Shown: positions 36,381 through 49,500, counted from the first letter of the stretch. The stretch is 64,000 nucleotides of DNA from Leptogorgia sarmentosa (GCA_964658305.1 OZ210884.1:6820001-6884000); one strand, 5' to 3'. Notes: generated by a model not told the origin, from the letters alone. Numbers and translations are program-made.

Positions 36381-38677
36381 ATGAATTACTATCATGACCA
36401 GTCAAAACATTCTGAAGATCTGAAAGAAATGGTATGTAGCCTACCTACATCACCATGGATTAATCATGGATCACCATGGATCATAATGGATCACCATAGA
36501 TCACCGAATTTTCGGAGATTCAATAAAACTACTCATGCGATCATATTTGATTCACGCAAAAATGCATTTTCAATTCAGTCACAATTTTTTCCATAAAATC
36601 CCTATTCCATGCGTATATAGCAGTTGGAAAAGTTTGAGTTTTTGACCCCCAGAGTATAACGTTAAGTCATTGAATTAGCTGTTAAATAGCTGGAAAATAT
36701 GTGAGAAAATTACTGCATCTTTGTTCTACTGAACACACCCTTTAGCCACGTTCTTATATATATTATTTTTTAGTTGCCCAGCAACGTGAATGATACTGGC
36801 ATCAAACTCAAATCTTTCTTTTCTGATCAACTCACAAGCGACGGCATTACTCCTTTGTCCCAGGTACTTCTCAATAATAGAGAATAATACATGGACGGAT
36901 GGACCTGGTATAAATCTTACTTTCTCATTGTTAGGCGGAAGAATATGCCCTGAAAAGAGTACGAAGAAAGCTTAAAAACAAAGTTAGAAACCTTTGATAG
37001 CTACTGATATATTCGATATATTATATACTTAAATATAGAATTAATATAACAATAGTGAAAATAATAATCAAGTTGACAGTCACGGCGTCCCGGTTTGTGC
37101 GCTGATTTTTTTGCGATGTCATAACACACTGAACTTTTGCCTTTTAGACAACCTTTTCAATTCGAAATCTAAAAAAATCCATTGAGATTCCATCATCACG
37201 CTAATTGCTCTCAAGCAATCTCGAGATTTTTGACGTACAGCGTTTTTTTTTCACTTTATCCATGAATGGACTGAGTGATCTGAATTGGTTATATATGCAA
37301 GGACACAATATATTTTTGCCGCTTTGTTAGTGATTCTGATAACGTATTTTTGTTTTGGTGATACAGATATCTGCTCAAGAAAGTAGGAAAAGGAAAAAAC
37401 AGCATTTAGAAGATCTAGAAAAACGGTAAGCTGCCAAGAACACTGCTAAGTAGCGACACTCGATCATTCAATAATTGTTTAAAATGTCGTATAGGTATTT
37501 TAAATATACCACGAAATTACGTCGCACGGATCTGACGATTTCATTTCTCACCACTAAATACTAAAAGTTGTTTTTGTTCATTGCAGTGTTCGCTTGTTAG
37601 ATTTTGAGAATGAAAGTTTAAGAGAGAAATTAGAAATGCAAGATAAATCGCTAAGGTAATTATTCATTAGCGAGGTCCAGATTTGACTTCCACTTCTACT
37701 TCTACTACTGCTACCTTTCACTGACCCATTGCGCATGTGATTGGTTAACCAGATAGACTTAACGCATCCGATTGGTTCATGTTCCCTTAATTAACAGTAG
37801 CGGTAGTGATAGTGGAGCTCAAATCTGAACCTTGCAATTATTCCATCGATGCATGCATGACAGCCGAAATTCCGTTCGCGTGTGATACAATGATTAGCAC
37901 AACTAAACCATAACCATGCATCCTCGACTGTTGGTTTCTGGAAAAGTTTTGCTACGACTAAACTTTTTTTCTTCGTTTTAAACTAGATCTTTAAATTTTC
38001 AATTGAGAAAACTAAAATCAACTGGAAGTCAAGAAGAGAAAGTCAGTTATTATCAAAGTCGAGGAACGCAGACAGGAATTTGCTTAAAATGGTTTGTATT
38101 CAGTAATATGGGAAATAGTAATTCCAGAATAAAATAATTATATTACGTACTAAGACCCAATGTACATTGGGCCGAAAGCCTTCGTCAGAATGTTTCGATG
38201 TCGTATTCTATCATTTTGTCGTTTACAGAGCATGCATCCGATAAAAAACTATGCAGATAGAGAAGGAATTAAAATTTGTGTACGCAGAAATTAAACATTT
38301 TCCGTGGTTTCTTTGTCTCCCGGAGAAAGTGTAAATCCGACAGCAATCTCGATCTTTTAAGCGCTGTCTAAACATAGTTTCCTTCTTCCTTCGTCAAATT
38401 TATTGCTATTAGTTTCGGAGTTTCCACAGCCAAACACAGTCGAACATCTCAAATTTTATGCGTTAAAATAATGCACTAAGTTTAATTGGAATCTAAAATG
38501 TTTTTTAGTTATCTTCAAAAACAATCTGTAGAAGATGATCCAGGAGATTTCAAAGTGCAGTCGGGTAAAAATGGACGAATAATGATACAATCAGATTTGA
38601 GGGAAAGCTATCGAACACACGAGTATACTGACTTCAAAAGCATTTTTTATGGCCGCAGTTTGCGCGACAGAGCCTGA
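36381..38677 (+). CDS. CREB3/OASIS-family bZIP transcription factor lacking a TM segment, at least 196 aa, 7 exons (5' end uncertain)
   Basis: Exons: 36381-36431, 36774-36863, 36935-36982 (AEEYALKRVRRKLKNK), 37367-37425 (ISAQESRKRKKQHLEDLEKR), 37587-37655 (zipper VRLLDFENESLREKLEMQDKSLR), 37987-38091 (..GTQTGICLK), 38509-38677. All GT-AG and in phase. The basic region matches the CREB3 signature EE.ALK.VRRK..NK.SAQESR. The first exon is preceded by an acceptor, so upstream exons probably exist. Confidence 0.82.
36449..36505. repeat. Short tandem repeat of about 10 bp (ATCACCATGG-like)
   Basis: CATCACCATGGATTAATCATGGATCACCATGGATCATAATGGATCACCATAGATCACC. Confidence 0.6.
37668..37837. mobile_element. 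MITE-like element, copy 2, in a bZIP intron
   Basis: Same termini and internal ATTGCGCAT.TGATTGGTTAAC..GATAGACTT.ACGCATC core as 30069-30221. Confidence 0.7.
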
Positions 38678-39152
38678 CAAGTTATTAAACTTATTATACA
38701 GCTAATAATAGTCCAGTGTAGATCTTCAACTGACTCTAAACCTTGAATTTCAAACTCTAAGCGTGGATAAGTGTAGTGAGAACACAAGTTGCCAACTTTG
38801 CCGTTAAATATTTACACTATTTTTGAATGTATTATGTTTGCAGGAAAGTTTCCATGTTTCTAAAATATGTGCTCTATGTGTTTGACTTCTGAATGTTTAG
38901 AGTTGAAGGTTTAGGGTTTGGAGTTTATAGTTTGCAAAGGACAACTTTTATTGAATTAGCTGTATAGTGTTACCCGCTATCACCTATAACTGATAACAAC
39001 AATGAGGTGGTCTCATCATTCAATACAGTGACGCTTAATTTGATTACATATCTTGGTCATTTTCCGGATATATTTTTCTCGAAAGAATGATAAGTAGGAA
39101 AATTCAGGTCAGCCAATAGGTTTATAGAGCTAGAGTTGGTCCTTTCTGGACA

Positions 39153-39237
39153 AAATGTGACCAAGATTGAAATGTAATCAAGATTGAAATGTGACCAAGA
39201 TTGAAATGTGACCAAGATTAAAATGTGACCAAGATTG
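39153..39237. repeat. 17-bp tandem minisatellite, 5 copies
   Basis: Unit AAATGTGACCAAGATTG, five head-to-tail copies with few substitutions. Confidence 0.85.
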
Positions 39238-39794
39238 ACTATAGAGGAAACAAAGGAGCGTAACCGAACAACATACTTGCAGAATGAATGCATGTATGAT
39301 ATTTTAAAATAATTTTATCATCAAGTAACAACAAAGTGTGACAGCAATGAGCAAACTCATTATATGATATTGTATTTGAGCTAAAGCATACATCATAATG
39401 ATCAGTGCAAAAATGTCTCATAACAGTGCAAAAATCTGTAACAAACTGATGTCATGGAGAAAAACAATAGCATCTGAAGTCAACTAATAAGTTTAACGCA
39501 TCCTAAAATAGTGGCATCAAGTCATGTATCGCAAACATGGCCACGTGTTCCAAGAAGTAAAAAAAAAGTTTAGGTACAAACAATCTTTTTCTTGAAATAA
39601 ACATTTCGTTTATTTCGTTCGTATAAACATCCAAAATTACAGTCTCAGTGATATGAAGCAGTGAAACTAAATTGAATTGTTAGCAGTATTTTTGCTATGC
39701 CCATACCCATAGTGAAAACGTGCATCATTGTTGGCGTAATCGTGAGAGAATGTATAACAGTATTTAACACATACGGTCACGTGTACACTGTCTA

Positions 39795-41087
39795 TCAAAC
39801 ATGGAAAAGTAAAAATAACAAAGCAGTCTGCGTGAAAATTATAGCATTGGTCAATCGAAGTGTAGTTCCTTTGCTTCCTACATATCCACAAACATTGGCA
39901 CAACAAAATTCGGATGTCTTGAGATTAGAAAATGTCTTACCAGCCACGTTGCTAGGAGACGCACATGTCATCTTTTTGAGCAGGTCTTTGCCAGACAACT
40001 GCTGACCAATTTTATCAAGAGCATATTTATGAAACCATGCCAGGTGACAGTCGCAGTTAAATGGATTCACTTGTATACCGAAGGAATCCAAGTCTTTAAG
40101 TACGGTGAAAGGATTTTCATCGATTGTGGATATGTTGTTGTAGAATAAGAGCAAAGTTTCGAGTTTTGTTAAACCCTTAAACGCATCTTTTGGGATATGC
40201 GTTATATCGTTGTGTCCGAGATCTAGTCGTGTAAGGGATGTCGCCTGAAGTAAAAACTGGTCTTTCCCAAACACTTCATCTGTAGTGAGGCCGCAATATC
40301 TGCAACTAAACGAATCTATTGTACTGCCTCTCAAAGCGTCTGCGTCAATTTTAACAATTTTGTTGCCATGTAAATCGACGATTGTGACTTTTGTCCCAAA
40401 TAAGAAATCTGCACCGATATACTGAATATTGCAATACAGTAAACCGACGTTTGCTAATTTTGGTAGCCCAGTGAACTGTGATTTTGACAAACGAACCAAA
40501 TTTGTGTAATCCAAGTGCAGTTCTGTAATGCTTGTGGTCACTCGACCGCTCCCAATACTGTCTAGTCCTGTTGAATTTAGTTTTGAATGCATGAGAAAAA
40601 GCTTCTTCAACGGACTGTTTTCGAACATGAGATCTGGTAAAACTTCAAACAGATTTTTATCCAAGCGAACGGTTTCTAGTTTCGTAAGGTTTGCAAAAGC
40701 CTTTGGTGGAAAGGACACAAGCTGATTGTCTTTCAATGATACGTCCTCCAAGTTCACAAGCCGCTGAAATGTTCCCTCTTGTATTTCATTCAAGCTTCCT
40801 TCGATTAGTTCTAGTCGTGTTAATCCATCAAGGCCTATAAAGTCATCTTTCGTGAGATTTTTGATGCTGCTTTTCTCAATAGTTATCCACCTTGTATCAT
40901 TGGTAAAGACGCCGCGGGGAAACTCGATTGTGGCTTGCATATTTTCGCATTTAACCCATCTTGAGTTTGGAAAACATCTACAGTTCGAAGGATATGATTT
41001 CGGACACGGCGCTTCCTGGCCTTTGGCAGAAATAATTACCAGCGAGCACACGAATATTCTGATGGCTTGAATCATCATGGCAGGCAT
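39795..41087 (-). CDS. Intronless extracellular leucine-rich repeat protein, 430 aa, probably GPI-anchored
   Basis: Signal peptide, LRRNT (CPKSYPSNCRC..VKC), about 11-12 LRRs, LRRCT (NPFNCDCHLAWF..MTCASP), and a hydrophobic extreme C-terminus (AIIFTQTALLFLLFHV) with no cytoplasmic tail. Confidence 0.9.
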   Translation of the reverse strand: MPAMMIQAIRIFVCSLVIISAKGQEAPCPKSYPSNCRCFPNSRWVKCENMQATIEFPRGVFTNDTRWITIEKSSIKNLTKDDFIGLDGLTRLELIEGSLNEIQEGTFQRLVNLEDVSLKDNQLVSFPPKAFANLTKLETVRLDKNLFEVLPDLMFENSPLKKLFLMHSKLNSTGLDSIGSGRVTTSITELHLDYTNLVRLSKSQFTGLPKLANVGLLYCNIQYIGADFLFGTKVTIVDLHGNKIVKIDADALRGSTIDSFSCRYCGLTTDEVFGKDQFLLQATSLTRLDLGHNDITHIPKDAFKGLTKLETLLLFYNNISTIDENPFTVLKDLDSFGIQVNPFNCDCHLAWFHKYALDKIGQQLSGKDLLKKMTCASPSNVAGKTFSNLKTSEFCCANVCGYVGSKGTTLRLTNAIIFTQTALLFLLFHV

Positions 41088-41201
41088 GGCTTGTGTTTGA
41101 GCGTCGCTTAACTCGCTTTACAAATGAATTTCTTTTTGAATATAATTACAGCTTGACAATATCGAAGTCATTATGTAAACAACAATATACATATAATTAT
41201 A

Positions 41202-41787
41202 CAGGGTGTCTCAAAAAAAAGGTAATCGAACTTTGGCATGCCATTGTGCGTTAATTACTGGGTGTACGAACGTGATTTTTGCATGGTCATAAAGATTAAG
41301 GTCTTAGCAGTTGAATGACATATTTCTTGTACGATATGGAAGAAAATCAGGCAAATGCGAGCGTGTTGAAAAATCTCGGTGAAAAACGCATTCTTTCACC
41401 TCTGTGCCTAATTAAAGCAGTGCATAACAAAAGAAAAATGCAATTCATCACGAATGTGTCATGGTAACAAAGATTTTATCAGGATTATTAATAATTATGC
41501 ATAATCAGGTCGATTGTTGAAGGGAAGGTCGTCATCTTCGAGTCCCAGAGGGAGTTAATTTTGAATAAGTTTAGCTGCAATTCTCAGAGGTGAAAGAATG
41601 CGTTTTTCACCGAGATTTTTCAACACGCTCGCATTTGCCTGATTTTCTTCCATATCGTACAACAAATATGTCATTCAACTGCTAAGACCTTGATCTTTAT
41701 GACCATGCAAAAATCACGTTCGTACACCCAGTAATTAACGCACAATGGCATGCCAAAGTTCGATTACCTTTTTTTTGAGACACCCTG
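41202..41787. mobile_element. Tc1/mariner-type non-autonomous element with 203-bp TIRs
   Basis: Arms 41202-41404 and 41585-41787 are reverse complements (two mismatches seen). Termini CAGGGTGTCTCAAAAAA. TA duplication at 41200-41201 and 41788-41789. Confidence 0.9.
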
Positions 41788-42138
41788 TAATAGTCGACAC
41801 CTTTGGTGTAATAGTCGCATTGGATATATAATATGTACAGAATCCTGAAATAGTCGGCCATTAAATGATTGTGAAAATAACGAATACTTTGAAATTTGAG
41901 ACCCCGCTTATAGCACAAATTTATTTTTGGGTCACTTTCCTCACGAGGTACTGGGTCGAGACTATTGTATGGTAATTCTGACTGTAAACACAGTAATGAA
42001 AACCAACACTACTCGAGATTCCAACCTGAGATCGCTGCAGGTGAGTCGAGATCAGAACCTTTGAGCCAACGAAAAAGTAAATTTCTGCCCGTTTATACGA
42101 CACTGGCCCCTGGGTACGAGATCCATGAGGGAATGGAT

Positions 42139-42328
42139 CAGGGGCGGATACAGGGGGGGGGGGGAAGGGTGAAATTTAACCCCGTTGCCAATTTAACCCT
42201 TAATGGAGCACTGCAGCTAATTAAGTTTATTGATGATCAGAATGGTTCGCTTGCCAAGTATTGAAGATTTTCAAATTTAAACAGTCTATAATTTCACCCC
42301 CCTTTTGAAAATCCTGTATCCGCCCATG
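42139..42328. mobile_element. MITE with a 5-bp TSD (hAT5-like)
   Basis: TIR CAGGGGCGGATACAGG / CCTGTATCCGCCCATG. TGGAT flanks both ends directly (42134-42138 and 42329-42333). Confidence 0.75.
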
Positions 42329-42704
42329 TGGATCTCGTAGGAAATGGAATTAGAAATACTTGATACTGGATTGCAGAATTTTTCCGTGTGAAAGTAAACA
42401 TCTCTGATCAAGGACGTAAATAATTGAACAATAAAAAATTGAACGTTCTTTTCCAGTATCATATAGTTCAGTTGTTGATAAATCCTGAGAAAAAAAGAAC
42501 CAATATTTTATCATTAAATATCTTAGGATGTCTAATGTGTTTAATGGCTGATACTTATACTTGCATCAAAATATATAACAAGTATAGAATAAAAAAATGC
42601 CATGCATGGGCACTTTTAACAGGTGCACATTCACATGCATCCAGTAAAATCTATAACGCACATCACATGCACAAATGTGCTGGGGTTCGGGTTATTTCGA
42701 TATA

Positions 42705-42970
42705 TATAGTACGTATTCCATGTAAGGACATCAGTTGTGAAATGTGCAAGCGCAAATACCAGGGATAAAAACGGACGAGCTGGGACTAAAGTGGATGGAA
42801 AAAAATTGGGGGCCTGATACGAGTGGAAAAAATTCACGAAATTTTGGGGGCCTTGGACAAGTGCATTTTTTGGCGGGAAAACGTCGAAATCAGTGGTAAA
42901 ATGGGGATAGGGACTTATAGTACGTATTCCATATAAGGACATCAGTTGTGAAATGTGCAAGCGCAAATAC
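42705..42970 (+). repeat. 55-bp direct repeat pair (42705-42759 and 42916-42970)
   Basis: TATAGTACGTATTCCAT(G/A)TAAGGACATCAGTTGTGAAATGTGCAAGCGCAAATAC occurs twice with one mismatch, 211 bp apart. Confidence 0.85.
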
Positions 42971-43501
42971 ATGACTCTGAACGGCAAATAGGCAGCCGAC
43001 GTGGATGAGCAAATACACGACGTTCCCAGCCCCTCACCTAATTCTAACCTAATGTATGATGTAAATACTAAAATAGGAAATGTTTATTAATAACATTTCA
43101 AACTGTCTTAGTGCACTGTGTACTCTATATAAAACTGTCGTCACAGTTTAGACTTAACATACTTGATAAGTTGAATTATAACGCGTTTGCTTTCAATAAA
43201 CAGGGAACGAAGTGCCATTTCATACACTGATAGTGGTTCATCTATTTGCTCGTCTATAGAGGCACGCCTACATTCCTTATATGGAATACGTACTGTATAT
43301 ACAGATGGTTATTTCATACGTCAGTGAATTCAGTGTTCTGCTGTCAGCCAATAATCTTGAACGTTTTCGTCTGACATGCGCATTAGGCGCGCAAATTCGT
43401 GATGTGCATGTAAAGTAGCTATGCAGTAATTGTGAACAACGCCTTTAGGTTAAAGAACGCAGCCTTCTTGAAATGAAAACGTTCTTTTCTCTGTCACGAA
43501 T

Positions 43502-46500
43502 ATGCATTTATTTGAAGGTAGGTTTTGGAAATCTTCATTCACTTTGTATTACTCACATGTTGTGGAGAAAAATGTAGAATTATCGAAGCGTTTGATTCGA
43601 TGAATCGATCCAATTTCCAGGTATTTCTTGAGTCAGTTGATATGTCGATGTAGCTAACTACATTCGTGACATTTGAACGTCGTAGTATGGTACTATAATG
43701 TTATCTTTTCCCCCAAGATACGATCGCTGGTTTACACTGCATGTAATAATGTTGTTTGTAACTTTGCATGGAGATGGTTAAGCAAGACTAGTTTGATTAA
43801 TATATATATATATTCAAATATCAAAAGTGAAAGTAAATGTTTAGTGAATGTTAGTGAATGATGTTGATGTACTCTGGTGCAGAATGTTATTGTGATGTTA
43901 CTCTGAGTATATATCCACACCGTGCTTGTGCAGGCTGAAAAATTAGCCTGGCCTCGGTGGGTATCGAACCCGCGGCCAATCCTCTACCAACTGAGTTACG
44001 AGTTCAATGTTGCGAGATCAAATGTTACTTGTTAAACTGTATATAATTTGTTCCGACTTTTGAGAACTGTTATCAGTTGAACGTTTTTATAATTAAGATG
44101 AAAAAGTCCATATTGAAATGTTTCTTTTCATGTCGACAGTGAAGCCGAACATGGGGTGACTAGAGTGCATAATGAATGTACTGTTTTATATATGTACACA
44201 TTCAATAACGCGCGACGCAGTCATCAAGATGAATAACGTACTTATAATAATGACAATGTACACCAAAGACCTCAGCTTTGCCAAACATGATCATGACCAT
44301 GCAAGCTATCGTTTGGTAAACTTTAGCCTTTTCTGGATACTAATTGTTATACATCAGAAAAATATTATTGACTTGCCCGCTGTGCAATCATAATAATACA
44401 TAGCTACATGCATGTCGAATGATGTCGATCGTGTTTTGAATTTTTTTGTTGGTTTTTTCAACATTATATATACAAAATGTTCTATATCTTTTATCATAAA
44501 TCGACAACATACTTTGAATGTAATTCTATAAAGATTGCATGACCACACACTCAGGAACTCTTCTATGATTTGAACAAATAATCAAATAGTATTCAGGGCC
44601 AGACCGCCCAGGCAAAGTGAAAGAGTCTTGTGAAAAGCTCTGGGTGAAATATTTTCCAATACCATAATTGCCTGATTTCAATACGAAGATTCCACAGTTC
44701 CTCTTGTTGGGAATAAGCAAATAACAACTTTGCACCAAGGTTAGACTATTCATTACTTTATAATACCTATTTGTATGGATATGCAATTTTGGATAATTAA
44801 TTATGATAAAGATACAGCAAAGTGAGACATATATAGATACACTCGACGTTTCTATCAGTAAAGGTATGAAATGGATGCAATTTCGGTCAGCTATACGTTT
44901 TGGCGATAGCCATTCTCATACCGTAGTTTTTTCCATGTCATAAAAATAAAAATTATACAGTGATACAGACATTGTTTAAAGATAGCCACAGAAATCAATA
45001 ATGCAGAACATGCATGAATAGATAGGAGTCTGTATTAAAAACTGACACCTTAAATGATATTCAAATTATAGTGGCATAGCGGTTGTAATTTGAAAGAAGT
45101 TACCTAAGTAAATGGTTATTTAAAGCATATCGAATAAGTGAGTCACTGATTAATTGATCTCAAACCTAAAACTAATTCTCTGTAGGAGTGAATTAAAATG
45201 CAAATGCAATCTAATCTTACGAGAATTCATTATAAAAATTAGAATGGAATTCGGAGTCTTTTATTATTTAGTCGTGCCCACTCGTCAACAAAACAAAACG
45301 CTCAACTTGCATATGGGAATAGTCAAATTCCAGCGATAAGTTCGTGGCTATCAGGAAAGGAGTTTTCTCACACACCCTGCACACGTTTAATACACGTACA
45401 TGAGACATGAAGAGGTCGAAGCTCAGGCCCCTATTACACTATACCGGATTACTTTTCGTATCACGAACGAAGCGGAGTGATTTTTGCTCCGCGGCACGTA
45501 CCGGATTACAGTGGCGTAGTGTAATCAACAGCCCAATCCGGACCTCATTTTATCCGGTATAAAAATCGCTCCGCTCCGATGCAATCCGGTATAGTGTAAT
45601 AGGGGCTTCAGTCTAACAATATGAAACTGCGTCCTTTGAAATTGAATACAATAAGTTACTTGTGTAATTTGAATTTAAATGGTAGTCTTTTTTTATCCGA
45701 TCCAGAACCGTCTGCACTTAATGGGTGGTATGAATGATTTTTCATAAAAAAATTTATTATTTCTTTTGTATTTATATAGTCATCCTTCTTTCTGTGCAGT
45801 GTTTATGCATCACTCTGACGTACGGACAACGTGAGTAAAAAGCTATAATTTGCCGTATCTGTACTGTATCATTTCGTTCATCCTATTAGTATAATTAAAA
45901 AACACAAGACAACTGAAGACACTTAAAAAATTGAAGACATTTTAGTTTACATTTCGACATGTTTACATTTTAGTCCTCTTCGGAAGAATGCAGCTGCGTA
46001 TTCTCAAATCTGAAACCTATTAAAGTTCGATAACGTCAAAATAACTCACACCAAAATGGCCGTCATATTTGCATTATCGCATGTATGGCAGAAGTTTCCG
46101 TCCTGACACTTTATTGAGATAGATAGCAGTATTTCATTCAGGAGCCACAGAACCGGGGGGCGGCCATTGGGGGCTAGTGCTCCACCTACTTTTTGTACAA
46201 AGGGTAAATGTGCCCTTTTTTGAAAGGAAAGTGCCCTTTTTCATCTGTGCCATGATGACTATAAAGTCAACACGTGAAAGATAATATAACTGTGGTGCAC
46301 GTGCCCTTTTTGGATTGTGCCCCCACTCAATGGCCCCCACTTTTGAGGTGTTTCCGCGGCCCATGATCTACTTCATGTGCTTTCCTTCTTTCTAGAGTGC
46401 TCGTCTACAAAGGTTCAGAGTCCTGGATTTCCCACAAAATATCCAGGGGATCTACGATGCCGATGGCTGCTCACTGCCAAGGACAATGACACGTTCGTTC

Positions 46501-49500
46501 AGTTCAATGCGGATAACATCAATTTGGAAAAATGTGGTCAAAATTGTGGTTGTGATTATCTGGAAATATTTGATGGTGAAACAGCATTGAGCAGAAGTCT
46601 AGGGAAATTTTGTAGCGGAAATGCTCGCGTGCTTTCTTCAGGACGAAATATGCTTGTCGTTTTCCACTCGGATAAGTCTGGAAGCAGCACTGGGTTTTCT
46701 GCTTCATATAGTAATGTTAGTCGGAATACTGGTAAGTATACGTCAGTATACGTTTTTTCCGTTGGGCGCAGTCTAGTATTGAGAGATGTAAAATTGGCAA
46801 CTAGTACGTGTCTTCACTAGATTCTCTAATGTATTCTTCACAAATCGTGAACCAGGGCCTCTGAAGAGCAACATATCGGTATAATCTAACTGTATTTATA
46901 TATAGGCACTTGGAGCGACAATAAATACCAGAAGTTATATGTTTTTTTAAATTCATAATTGTTATTTGTAAGTCATTCAAGACATATAATACATTGTCAA
47001 CAGAATAATAACTGCTTTGCAACGTATTAATAACTGCTTAACAGGATTTACGTTTTCTGCTTTTACTTAGCCAAACAAGCACGTAGCTTTTGAAGTTTTT
47101 ACTCGGATGTATCCACGCACATCTGATCTGAATACGGCTATGTTCAATTTGTAGTAACTTTAGAATGTCACCATGAAGCCTATATAATTGCTCTCATGTT
47201 TCAGTTTGCTCAAGGTCGTCAAAGAGTATTGAATCCCGTTACAATTCATATGGAAACATCAACTGCTTTTGGTTCCTCGATGCCGGTCCAGGAAATATGA
47301 TAGTCATGGAAAAATTCACCCTTTCCTTTGGATATTGCAATGATTGTAGCTGTGGTCAACTCGAAGTATTTGATGGTAAATCAGATTCAGAAGCGAGGCT
47401 AGGTTCGTGGTGTGCCACACCAGTGCCGGAAGTCATTTCCACCGGAAGATATGTGTACGTGAAATTTTCAGCCAGGTCTTATTCCACATATCAAAAATTC
47501 AAAGCTTACTATAAAAGCATAAGGAATCAAACAGGTAATTAATACTACAGGAATAAATTACAGGAACGACTTTTTAGAGTTGTTCTAGTTTTTTTTCCAA
47601 TTAATTTTGAACGTTTTCAATCAATGAGCGTCAGGAAAATCGACAAACATGATGGTAGGAAAATTTTGTTATACACTCACGTAATATCACTCATAGGGGT
47701 CTGATGCGATATCGCCAAAGCCCCGTAATACCATGCGTTTTTCTTGCAACTTGCAACGCAAATCTCCTGTATAGTAAATTGGCAGATACAATTCTTGATT
47801 ACATTTTGCTAATGTATATGTTCGCAATTCACACGTCTTCAGGATAAACAAGAGTAGCAAGGATATAATCTCACTATCTTTGCTTCTCATTGTGTAAGGT
47901 AGCCTACAAAGAACTGATTCATATACAGCGACATGACTAGCGTGGATAATTACGCCTCAAAGCCTTTGTATTGTTCAAATTGGTCACTGGCAAGGGCGCC
48001 GGAACGACTGAAAAGCGATGGGGACAGGATCGTGAAAAGGGCGGCATTTCCGTGTCGGAGTCAAACTCCGTTTGGGTTCCATGAAACCTCCTCCGAGAAA
48101 TATTCAAGTCTAGAGTTTTCCAAATGTCATTTCAAGCGTTTTCGGCAAAATCAAATGCTTTTTCATGTGATTTTAGCAGTTTGACTATTAATAATCTTCT
48201 TTTTGTGGAAAAAATGGCACCCAGTTTCCCCCGCTGGCCCCCGCAATGTTAGGGGAAAGCGGACAGTTGCCCACACTGCCCCCATGGCTGCGGCACCCTC
48301 GGTCACTGGTCAGTAAATTAGGAAGAAAAACGGGTGAATGAAATTAAAAAAGAACCCTATCGGCCGAATTGCCCCTTCAATATTGCCCCTTGCTATTTTA
48401 CATATTTTGAGATATGTTTGTAAAAACGTTTTAGTGTGTTCAATAGTTTCAAGCACGCAAACAACAACAACATCCTCAGGAATCATTAAAAGCTACGATT
48501 ATCCTTCAAAATATATTAGAGATAAAGTTGAATGCTACTGGCCAATTGTTGCTGCACAGAACCAGGTTGTTCGTCTCATTGTTGAAGAACTAGATGTTAA
48601 TGGTTGCAAAAGTTGTGGCTCCCTACAGGTAATAATCAGAAAACGAATTTCTTCTCCATAAAAATTATACAATCTCGTATCACATATCACATCGTATTGT
48701 ATCACAATAAAGGATAAGCAAGCAACCTGGATAGTTCCCTATTAACCATAAGAAGAAGAAAGCAATCTTACCCACTCAACAAATTCATCTGCCTGCCATA
48801 TGAAAACATTGTATTTTCCTCAGTTTGACGCTCTATTTGAGAAATTACGTGGAATTGCAAATTTACGACTATTTCTTAGATTGTGACCCGTTTCGTACCT
48901 ATAGGTGGTAGCTGCCCAACCAGGGTCTTGATCCTCGTAGCTGCCACCAATTTATGCTGCCAGTGAACAGTGGATCGTTTACTGGTTTGGTTTGGGGAAT
49001 TTTATCTTTTATCGCTATAATCTCAGAAATTAACCTCAATGTTGCCGTAAAATAAAACCCATCTTCCCAAATTAATGTTGTCTTGCGATTTCACGTGGCA
49101 ACATTGAATTCGGGGGGAGGGGGTGGTTTTACAACAATTTCTGTCCAATATTATACGAACTCAACGAATGGAGCTAATTGCCTTGAATACACGTATATCA
49201 TCTAAATTTCATCTCATTTCTTCATTTATTAATTAATCATATGTGATTATAATATTATATTAATAGGTCTTTGATGGTAAAACTACATCAAGTCCCAGTC
49301 TTGGTAAATGGTATTCAGGAACACCTGATCTTATATCAAGTGGGAATCACATGACCATCACATTCAGTACCACAGTCTTTACAACTGCCAGAGGATTAAG
49401 AGCAAGATACTACCTCATCAACAAAAACAAAAGTATACAATGTAGTCATTTAAATGTTTAATGAGCGCAAGCGACATGGATATAAATTGAAATTTGAAGA

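Noticed and set aside
43473..43517. Upstream ATG (MKTFFSLSRICIYLK) as the CUB gene start
   Set aside because: It ends in phase 0 and hits a stop in the next exon. The ATG at 43502 gives the in-frame signal peptide.
43945..44003. tRNA gene
   Set aside because: A and B boxes are present, but the anticodon arm is missing and the sequence continues into a SINE-like body.
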